Source: an uncultured Gammaproteobacteria bacterium
GTDB lineage: Bacteria; Patescibacteriota; Patescibacteriia; UBA2591; UBA6264
Length of the DNA: 39,459 nt
NCBI GenBank assembly: GCA_964642485.1
Contig: CAZXPA010000001.1
Location: forward strand, 1 to 39,459
Direction of reading: 5' to 3'
The position numbers were made by a program, and so were the translations under genes. The notes under the pieces are model-generated. The model worked only from the letters and a program-made list of their open reading frames with translations, did no database searches and was not told where the DNA came from. Below are positions 33,167 through 39,459 of the stretch, piece by piece (the stretch's first letter is position 1; the number at the start of each line of letters is the position of its first letter).

Positions 33167-35737
33167 ATGGGTTATCAACAGGGGCAAAAAGGCCATAATT
33201 ATCAAAAAATTAACCCCGCACCAGGGCAGAGCTCGATGCGGGGCAAGAAAAAAGCGGCAAGTGATTTTAATAAGATAGAAAGGAAGTGGCAACGTGTCTG
33301 GAAGAAGTTAAACCTTCATCAGGCTAAAGATTTTGATAAAAAACCAAAGCAGTACATTTTAATTGAGTTTCCTTATCTTTCTGGACAAGGACTTCATGTT
33401 GGTCATGTTCGAAGTTATAGCGCCTTAGACGCTTTAGCCAGGAAAAAGAGAATGGAAGGTTATAATGTCCTTTATCCCATTGGTTGGGATGCTTTTGGTT
33501 TGCCAACAGAGAACTATGCGATTAAAACCGGTCTTCACCCAAAAGAAATTATCAGACAAAATATTAAACTTTTCAAGCGTCAATTAAAAAGTTTAGGCCT
33601 TTCTTTTGATTGGTCAAGAGAGATTAATACTTCTGACCCTAAATATTACAAATGGACGCAATGGATTTTTTTAAAACTTTTTGAAAAGGGACTAGCCTAC
33701 CAAGCGGAAATTCCGATTAATTGGTGTCCAAAATGTAAAATCGGCCTGGCTAATGAAGAGGTAGTTGGCGGTAGATGTGAGCGTTGTGGAATTGAAGCAG
33801 AGAGACGGGAGCAAAAACAATGGATGCTGAAAATTACTGCTTATGCTGATAGAATGCTTCAAGATTTAGAAAAGGTAGATTATTTAGAAAAAATAAAAGC
33901 TCAGCAGATTAATTGGATTGGCCGAAGTCAGGGAACAATTGTAAAATTTAAGTTGGCAATCAACAATCCCTATGGGCCGTTGGCCCCGGGCCAGAGGCAA
34001 CAATCAGCAATCAATGATATCGAAGTATTTACTACTCGAATAGATACACTTTTTGGGGTAACGGCAATGGTTTTAGCCCCAGAGCACAGAATAATTTCAG
34101 ATTTAAGATTGCAGATTGAAAATTGGAAAGAAGTTAAAGAATATATTAAAGCCTCAAAGAAAAAAAGCGAGTTAGAAAGGACAGATCTTGCGAAAGAAAA
34201 GACAGGCGTCCCCTTGAAGGGGGTATTCGCTATTAATCCCGCGAACCAGGAAAAAGTTCCCATTTGGATTGGTGATTATGTGATTGCTACTTATGGCGGT
34301 GGAGCAGTAATGGTTGTCCCGGCTCACGACAAACGGGATTATATCCTGGCTAAAAAATATGGGCTGAAGATTAAGCAAGTTATTAAATCAGCAATCAGCA
34401 ATCAAGCTTTTGTTGACTATGGGGTTTTAGTAAATTCTGGAGAATTTAATGGATTAAGTTCTGAGCAGGCAATTAAAAAAATAACTCAGTGGTTAAAAAA
34501 GAAAAAGCAAGGAGATTTTTCAATTCATTACAAGCTTCGCGATTGGGTTTTTTCCCGTCAGCATTATTGGGGAGAACCAATACCAATTATTCATTGTCAA
34601 AAATGTGGTCCAGTTCCAGAAAAGGATTTGCCAGTTGAGCTTCCTTACGTCAAAAGTTATAAGCCAACAGAAACCGGCCAATCGCCTTTAGCAGCGATTA
34701 AGGATTGGGTTAATGTTAAATGTCCAAAATGTGGTGGTCCAGGAAAAAGAGAAACAGATACTATGCCGAATTGGGCTGGCTCAAATTGGTATTTTTTACG
34801 TTATCTTGACTCCAACAATGATCAGGTCTTAGCTGATTTTAAAAAATTAAAATATTGGTTGCCCGTTGATCTATATAATGGAGGGATGGAACATACCACC
34901 TTACATCTTTTTTATTCTCGTTTTTGGCACAAATTTTTATTTGATATCAAAGTAGTTCCAACTCCAGAACCGTATGCTAAGCGCCGGTCTCATGGTATAG
35001 TTTTAGCTGAAGACGGGAGAAAAATGAGTAAAAGTTTTAATAACGTTATTAATCCTGATGAAATAATTAAATCTTTTAGCGCTGATACTCTTCGTCTTTA
35101 TGAAATGTTTATGGGGCCATTTGATCAGGCAATTGCTTGGGACACAAAGACCATTGAAGGAGTATCCAGGTTTTTAACGAAAGTTAAGAATTTAGTATTG
35201 AAAAATAAGAATAAAAAGAAGAAAACAGCAAAAACTCAGAAATTAGAACAAATAGAACATCAAACAATTGGAAAAGTCAGCCAGGACTTAGAAAACATGA
35301 AATTTAATACAGCAATTGCTGCTTTAATGAAGTATACGAATGCGTTGACATTGGAACATGAGAACATTAGAACATTGGAACATATTAAAACTTTATTGTT
35401 GTTGTTGGCGCCGTTTGCGCCACACTTGGCTGAAGAGCTTTGGCATCAAATCCAGCCGGAATTGTCAGAAAAGCAAAGTATTTTTCAGGAGAAATGGCCA
35501 AAATTTGATCCAAAATTAGCCAAGGAAAAACAAATTGAATTAGTGATTCAGATTAATGGCCGGGTTCGGGGTAGAGTTTTAGCTCCAGCTGATATTTCTC
35601 AGGCCGAAGCAGAAGAATTAGCTTTAAAACAAAAGAACATTCAGCGTCATTTGACTGGGGAAAAGGTAAGAAAGATTATTTTCATTCCCGGGAAACTCAT
35701 TAACCTAGTAATTGAGCAAGAGGAAAATAGAAAATAA
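33167..35737 (+). CDS. leuS: Leucyl-tRNA synthetase
   Basis: PYLSGQGLHVGHVRSY (HIGH), FTTRIDTLFG, KMSKS and the CP1 editing region. An alternative start at 33236 (MRGKKK) would remove a non-conserved Q/G-rich N-terminus. Confidence 0.92.
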   Translation: MGYQQGQKGHNYQKINPAPGQSSMRGKKKAASDFNKIERKWQRVWKKLNLHQAKDFDKKPKQYILIEFPYLSGQGLHVGHVRSYSALDALARKKRMEGYNVLYPIGWDAFGLPTENYAIKTGLHPKEIIRQNIKLFKRQLKSLGLSFDWSREINTSDPKYYKWTQWIFLKLFEKGLAYQAEIPINWCPKCKIGLANEEVVGGRCERCGIEAERREQKQWMLKITAYADRMLQDLEKVDYLEKIKAQQINWIGRSQGTIVKFKLAINNPYGPLAPGQRQQSAINDIEVFTTRIDTLFGVTAMVLAPEHRIISDLRLQIENWKEVKEYIKASKKKSELERTDLAKEKTGVPLKGVFAINPANQEKVPIWIGDYVIATYGGGAVMVVPAHDKRDYILAKKYGLKIKQVIKSAISNQAFVDYGVLVNSGEFNGLSSEQAIKKITQWLKKKKQGDFSIHYKLRDWVFSRQHYWGEPIPIIHCQKCGPVPEKDLPVELPYVKSYKPTETGQSPLAAIKDWVNVKCPKCGGPGKRETDTMPNWAGSNWYFLRYLDSNNDQVLADFKKLKYWLPVDLYNGGMEHTTLHLFYSRFWHKFLFDIKVVPTPEPYAKRRSHGIVLAEDGRKMSKSFNNVINPDEIIKSFSADTLRLYEMFMGPFDQAIAWDTKTIEGVSRFLTKVKNLVLKNKNKKKKTAKTQKLEQIEHQTIGKVSQDLENMKFNTAIAALMKYTNALTLEHENIRTLEHIKTLLLLLAPFAPHLAEELWHQIQPELSEKQSIFQEKWPKFDPKLAKEKQIELVIQINGRVRGRVLAPADISQAEAEELALKQKNIQRHLTGEKVRKIIFIPGKLINLVIEQEENRK
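33974..33998. repeat. In-frame GC-rich palindromic block flanked by CAATCA-type direct repeats
   Basis: GGGCCGTTGGCCCCGGGCCAGAGGC contains GGGCC/GGCCC and GGCCC/GGGCC pairings. The flanks are GGCAATCAACAATCCC (33955-33970) and GGCAACAATCAGCAATCAATG (33996-34016). Confidence 0.7.
34386..34407 (+). repeat. 7-bp tandem repeat inside leuS
   Basis: AATCAGC AATCAGC AATCAAGC. Three 7-nt units total 21 nt and preserve the frame. It encodes KSAISNQA. Confidence 0.8.
35344..35383 (-). repeat. 8-bp-period array (5 units) inside leuS, inverted orientation
   Basis: The plus strand reads GTTGACAT TGGAACAT GAGAACAT TAGAACAT TGGAACAT, the reverse complement of ATGTTCCA-type units. It encodes LTLEHENIRTLEH. 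Confidence 0.85.
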
Positions 35738-35740
35738 AAA

Positions 35741-35804
35741 TTAACTAATTTCCAATTTCCATTTTCTATACTAATTTCGAATTTCTAATAACCAATTTCT
35801 AATT
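35741..35804 (+). repeat. Dispersed 64-nt AT-rich intergenic element, copy 2
   Basis: It differs from 23822-23885 at 2 positions. Similarity extends upstream into the stop-codon regions (GAAAATAGAAAA) of leuS and glgA. Confidence 0.9.
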
Positions 35805-35842
35805 TCTTTTACTTTTTTAAATTCTGCCAGTAATCGTTAGTT

Positions 35843-36748
35843 ATGATACTCTTAAGGGAAGTTAAGGCTCTCTGTAGAGAGTATAATATCAAGCCTTTGC
35901 GGAGGCGAGGGCAAAATTTTTTAATTAACAATTTAGTTATTAAAAAAGTTTTAGAAGCAGCTGATTTAAAAAAACAAGATGTTGTTTTGGAGATTGGAGC
36001 TGGTTTAGGTACTTTAACAAAAGAAATAGCAAGGAAAGTAAAAAAAGTTATCGCAGTTGAAATTGATAAAGAGTTAGTTAAGGCTTTAAAAAATGAATTG
36101 AAGGGCTACAAAAATGTTGAAATAGTTCAGGAAGATATTCGAAACAATCGTTTAATCGTTAAATTGTTAAATTGTTATCCTGAATATAAGGTGGTGGCTA
36201 ATCTGCCTTTTAATATTACCGGCTTGGTTTTAAGACAGTTTTTAGCAGGCGAAAATAAGCCCCAATCCATGGTTTTGATTTTACAAAAAGAGGCTGGTGA
36301 AAGAATTGTTGCCCGGCCCCCCAAAATGTCTCGGCTAGCTCTAACAATTCAATTTTATGGTCAAGCCAAGATTATTGCTCAAGTTAAAAAAGATAATTTT
36401 TGGCCAAAACCAAAGGTTGACTCTACGATTCTTCGAATCGTTCCTACGAATTATCCTAGACCCGTTCTGGAACGGACCGAGGGCGAATCTGATACCAATA
36501 TAAATGAGGACAGGTTTTTTCAAATTATTCGGGCTGGATTTTCTTCACCTCGTAAATATTTACTTAACAATTTAGCAAAAAGTGGTATAATGGGGACTGT
36601 CCCCGAATGGGGACTGTCCCCAAAAGAGACAGTAAGACAAGTTTTTAAACAAATAGGGCTGAGTCCTAAAGTAAGGGCGCAGGAATTGTCAGTTGAAGAG
36701 TGGATAAAGCTTGCAGAAACATTAGAACATGAGAACATGAGAACATGA
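35843..36748 (+). CDS. rsmA: 16S rRNA (adenine1518/1519-N6)-dimethyltransferase
   Basis: RRGQNFLIN, VLEIGAGLGTLT (SAM motif), VANLPFNIT and FWPKPKVDS motifs. Confidence 0.9.
   Translation: MILLREVKALCREYNIKPLRRRGQNFLINNLVIKKVLEAADLKKQDVVLEIGAGLGTLTKEIARKVKKVIAVEIDKELVKALKNELKGYKNVEIVQEDIRNNRLIVKLLNCYPEYKVVANLPFNITGLVLRQFLAGENKPQSMVLILQKEAGERIVARPPKMSRLALTIQFYGQAKIIAQVKKDNFWPKPKVDSTILRIVPTNYPRPVLERTEGESDTNINEDRFFQIIRAGFSSPRKYLLNNLAKSGIMGTVPEWGLSPKETVRQVFKQIGLSPKVRAQELSVEEWIKLAETLEHENMRT
36147..36178 (+). repeat. 8-bp-period array (4 units) inside rsmA
   Basis: ATCGTTTA ATCGTTAA ATTGTTAA ATTGTTAT. It encodes RLIVKLLNCY, in the variable segment before the NLPF motif. Confidence 0.85.
36589..36622 (+). 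repeat. 17-bp tandem duplication of a GC palindrome inside rsmA
   Basis: AATGGGGACTGTCCCCG AATGGGGACTGTCCCCA. Each unit contains the palindrome GGGGAC-T-GTCCCC. It encodes MGTVPEWGLSP. Confidence 0.9.
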
Positions 36749-36754
36749 GAACAA
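36715..36754 (-). repeat. 8-bp-period array (5 units) forming the rsmA C-terminus and stop, inverted orientation
   Basis: The plus strand reads AGAAACAT TAGAACAT GAGAACAT GAGAACAT GAGAACAA. It encodes ETLEHENMRT*, with the TGA at 36746-36748. Confidence 0.85.
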
Positions 36755-36788
36755 AAAAATAAAAGAAAATTTTGTGAAACAAAATTTA

Positions 36789-36828
36789 ATGTTCCAATGT
36801 TCCAATGTTAAAATGTTAAAATGATTTT
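36789..36828 (+). repeat. 8-bp-period array (5 units) upstream of the next gene
   Basis: ATGTTCCA ATGTTCCA ATGTTAAA ATGTTAAA ATGATTTT, then TT and the ATG at 36831. It is partly complementary to the 36715-36754 array. Confidence 0.9.
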
Positions 36829-36830
36829 TT

Positions 36831-37574
36831 ATGTCATCAAAGCCCAACTTTCGTTTATTAATACTTCTTGTTATTTTTGGCGTTCTCGCCATTAGCTTGG
36901 GCTATCTTCAGATTAAAGGAGCGATTCATGCTCCTTTTAGGCAGACATTTAAAGAGCAAGAAGCGCCGAGCCAGGCCGAGGTTTTTGCTATTTTGGCCAA
37001 TCAAGACACAGATAAAGACGGACTTTCTGATTTTGATGAAAAATTTGTTCACCAAACGTCTGTTTATATTGCTGATTCAGATAGTGATGGATATTCTGAC
37101 AAAGAAGAGGTCGACGCCGGCGGCAACCCCCTTGATCCAGAATCAACACCTTATCGTTCTCCTCCTAATTCTTCAGAAGAAAAAGGCATTTTGGAAGAAG
37201 TTGTCCCCGCCCCTTCTCGTCAAGGCTATGGGGAGCAGACGCCTGAAGGCCAGTTGCTTGACAGCGAAATCTCAATTAAGGAAATCAGGGATTTATTAGT
37301 TAATCGAGCTGGTTTGGGTCAAGAAATTGTGGATAAGTTGGATGACAAAACTCTTAAGAACCTATATAATGAAACTAAACAAGAAACCGGAATAGATCTA
37401 AGAGAATTAAAGGAGCCAGATGATCTTATGCGTCAGTTTTCGGATTTGGATATTTCTCAACTCCGACAGCTTTTAATTAGTCAAGGCGTTAATCAAGAAA
37501 TGTTGGACTCTTTTGATGATGAGACGTTAAGATCAATGTTTTTACAATCATTAATGAATTTTGAATTAAAATAA
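36831..37574 (+). CDS. Membrane-anchored protein with thrombospondin type-3-like calcium-binding repeats
   Basis: N-terminal TM helix. DTDKDGLSDFDE and DSDSDGYSDKEE fit DxDxDGxxDxxE. The C-terminal half has an internal duplication (EIRDLLVNRAGLGQEIVDKLDDKTLKNLY and QLRQLLISQGVNQEMLDSFDDETLRSMF). Confidence 0.55.
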   Translation: MSSKPNFRLLILLVIFGVLAISLGYLQIKGAIHAPFRQTFKEQEAPSQAEVFAILANQDTDKDGLSDFDEKFVHQTSVYIADSDSDGYSDKEEVDAGGNPLDPESTPYRSPPNSSEEKGILEEVVPAPSRQGYGEQTPEGQLLDSEISIKEIRDLLVNRAGLGQEIVDKLDDKTLKNLYNETKQETGIDLRELKEPDDLMRQFSDLDISQLRQLLISQGVNQEMLDSFDDETLRSMFLQSLMNFELK

Positions 37575-37580
37575 TCATTT

Positions 37581-39459
37581 ATGAAATTTGTGGCTTTATT
37601 CAAAAAATTAATACTCACTAGTTTACTAATCACATTTTTGATAGTTAGTTTATTTTTCCCCAAAGGTGTTCAGGCCCAACTTGTTGTGACTGATATTCCT
37701 CATCTAGTAGCTCGGACAGGGATAAGCATTGCCGAGCATGTTTGGGAATTACTTAAATTAGCCTGGAAATATGGCGGAGCTGTTGCTTATAAAAATACTA
37801 TTAATTTCTATTTAGGTCAAATGGCCAAACAGACCGCTGAATATGTAGCTACTGGAAGTCAAGGTCAGAAACCAATGTTTATGACTGATCCAGGTTATTG
37901 GAGTAAATTAGGCGATCAAGTATTAGGAGAATGGATTAATCAAACCGCTCAGTCGTTTACTGGTTTTAGCGGCCGAAGTCTTTGTGACCCAATTGATCCA
38001 ACTATTCGTTTTAATATGTTGGTTGGTTTAGACCCTAAATATAAAGAAATGATGTTTGACGCTCAACTGAGATGTTCTTGGACTACACTCAAAAAACGTT
38101 ACAAAGAGTTATCTAAGAAAAAATTATTTGAATTTAGCGCAGAGTTAAATGAAGGCCGGGCTGGCAGATACAAAGCCATGTTAGCAGCTCAAGTAGAGGG
38201 AGAGCCTTCTTTAGCTGGACCGGCTAAAAAGAGAATATTACAACATATTGAAAAGTTAAAAGAAAGCGATGAAGTTTTTAGGCAAAATGTTGAAGATTTG
38301 AAGAAAATAGCTAAAGGCGCAAAAAAGGTCTCTGATGTTGTGATGAATGCAATTAAAAAAGGGTTAGAAGAACAGCGCGCAGAGGATCAAAGAGACCTAG
38401 AGGCGTTTAAGAATTCAAGAGTTGGTAAAGGGGCGATTTGTAGCGCAAAAGGCGCAGATGATTTTTGTAAAGATGAAGTTTGTCGGGGTCTTTGTAGTGA
38501 AACTTATACTGAAGAGGAGTGTAAAAATGATTTTGGTTATTGTACTGAGGTGGCTAAAAAAACAGCCAAATTTTTTAAACGAGCAGAGGATTGGACTAAT
38601 GAGTTAGTTGACGGAGCAGGTGGTATTTTAAAGAATTTTGCTGATTTTAAACCAACCCCGCCGCCAACTTTAGAAGACATCAATAAGCAGTATAATCCTG
38701 AAGCAAGTGATGTAGCGGTAATGTTTAAAATCCAGAGTGATTTATTTGCCAAGCAAGCTGAAGCAATTGAAAAATCTAAATTTATGCAGGCTCTGCAGGG
38801 AGATATTAAGCGGTTAAAAACAGATATTTCTGATTTAACTTTAACGCCAGCCAGTGGCATTAGAAAGACATATGAAGAGGCAATAAAAGGCGGGTCAACA
38901 AGTCCAGTCGCTTATACTGGTGTAGCTGTTGCTGACGCCCTTGGTATTTTTACTAATACCTTAATGAGTAAACTTTTACAACAAGTTTTTGAAAAAGGAA
39001 TGCACCCAGGTGTAACGCCGGAGATTGCTAAAAGAACTGCACCATTTCTTGGTGATTTCGAAGAATTTCTCCACCCCACGCAAGAAGAAAGTGAGGTGCT
39101 TTACGCTGATTTAGCTGTTGTTGAAGTTAAAAGGGGTGGAGAAGTAAGTATTTATGACGAATTTGCTGTTTGCCCCAAAGACCCAAAATATGCTTTGCCA
39201 ACCAATTGTTTAATGGACTATAAATTAGTGCGGGCAATTGAAGAGAACTTAACAATTGATGAAGCAATGGAAAAGGGCTTACTTGATCCCAGTCAATTAG
39301 TTGGTGTGCCAGATGATTATGATAGTCTGTTGAGTTGGCCCAATATTAAGAAATTGCGCCGAATAAGAATTTTCCCCCTGGGCTTAGAAATTGCTGCCGA
39401 TAAGCTTTTTCATCGCTTGCTCGATGATGTTCAATACAGCTTAAAACAGATTGTTGATG
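37581..39459 (+). CDS. Large secreted protein of unknown function, 3'-truncated by the window edge
   Basis: This ORF is not in the track because it has no stop. I translated frame 37581 by hand and found 626 codons open to the window end. It has a signal peptide (MKFVALFKKLILTSLLITFLIVSLFFPKGVQAQ), a coiled-coil-like K/E-rich middle and a Cys cluster (CSAKGADDFCKDEVCRGLCSETYTEEECKNDFGYC). Confidence 0.6.
   Translation, partial: MKFVALFKKLILTSLLITFLIVSLFFPKGVQAQLVVTDIPHLVARTGISIAEHVWELLKLAWKYGGAVAYKNTINFYLGQMAKQTAEYVATGSQGQKPMFMTDPGYWSKLGDQVLGEWINQTAQSFTGFSGRSLCDPIDPTIRFNMLVGLDPKYKEMMFDAQLRCSWTTLKKRYKELSKKKLFEFSAELNEGRAGRYKAMLAAQVEGEPSLAGPAKKRILQHIEKLKESDEVFRQNVEDLKKIAKGAKKVSDVVMNAIKKGLEEQRAEDQRDLEAFKNSRVGKGAICSAKGADDFCKDEVCRGLCSETYTEEECKNDFGYCTEVAKKTAKFFKRAEDWTNELVDGAGGILKNFADFKPTPPPTLEDINKQYNPEASDVAVMFKIQSDLFAKQAEAIEKSKFMQALQGDIKRLKTDISDLTLTPASGIRKTYEEAIKGGSTSPVAYTGVAVADALGIFTNTLMSKLLQQVFEKGMHPGVTPEIAKRTAPFLGDFEEFLHPTQEESEVLYADLAVVEVKRGGEVSIYDEFAVCPKDPKYALPTNCLMDYKLVRAIEENLTIDEAMEKGLLDPSQLVGVPDDYDSLLSWPNIKKLRRIRIFPLGLEIAADKLFHRLLDDVQYSLKQIVD

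Noticed and set aside
18586-36828. Could the short tandem arrays be CRISPR arrays?
   Set aside because: The units are 7-10 nt and directly abutting, with no spacers of 25-40 nt. There are no cas genes in the window.
36868-37299. 143-aa alternative-frame ORF (TTG start) overlapping the TSP3-repeat gene, and the 65-aa antisense ORF at 36858-37055.
   Set aside because: The 36831 frame carries a TM helix and calcium-binding repeats. The alternative frame is basic low-complexity sequence with a non-ATG start.
38422-38860. ORFs 38422-38607 (+) and 38537-38860 (-).
   Set aside because: Both overlap the long open frame that starts at 37581, which has a signal peptide and stays open for 626 codons to the window end. 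They are most likely shadows of it.
1-39459. An alternative genetic code with UGA recoded, as in some CPR lineages.
   Set aside because: Conserved genes end at normal lengths on TGA (for example ruvC at 21041-21043 and rsmA at 36746-36748). No conserved ORF is interrupted by an in-frame TGA.

Overview
AT-rich bacterial chromosome segment (about one-third G+C by eye, not computed). I support 33 protein-coding genes, the last one running off the 3' edge. The standard genetic code applies, since TAA, TAG and TGA all terminate recognisable conserved genes. The gene content looks like a Candidate Phyla Radiation/Patescibacteria-type organism; this is inference from gene repertoire, with no marker RNA present.

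Gene groups:
- Housekeeping: tyrS, leuS, rsmA/ksgA, ruvC, yebC-family regulator, galU, phosphoglucose/phosphomannose isomerase.
- Cell wall: class A PBP, M23 peptidase, C39-like peptidase, LysM-CHAP hydrolase.
- Four tandem TrbC/VirB2-like pilin paralogs.
- A glycosylation block: two GT2 genes and three large polytopic GT-C-like membrane proteins.
- An alpha-glucan block: GH15, GlgA, three tandem GH57 paralogs, an APH-fold kinase and a PHP phosphoesterase.

I recognised no rRNA, tRNA or CRISPR array.

The most interesting signals are not genes:
1. 8-bp-period arrays of TGTTAnAA-type units fill many intergenic spacers. Each unit reads as an extended -10 element (TGnTAnAAT). At several genes the array is phased so that the predicted +1 is the A of the start codon.
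2. The same repeat family, and 7-bp relatives, also lie inside or at the ends of conserved coding sequences (leuS, ksgA, the kinase).
3. Short, strongly GC-rich palindromic blocks sit in frame inside several otherwise AT-rich genes, reminiscent of Rickettsia palindromic elements.
4. A RAYT/IS200-like HUH transposase gene is bracketed by two identical perfect GC-core palindromes.
5. There are several dispersed intergenic repeats, including a 64-nt element and a conserved long hairpin.
6. One G+C-richer lipoprotein gene is the only gene here with a strong Shine-Dalgarno sequence.

All functional calls come from motifs read in the translations. No database search was run.
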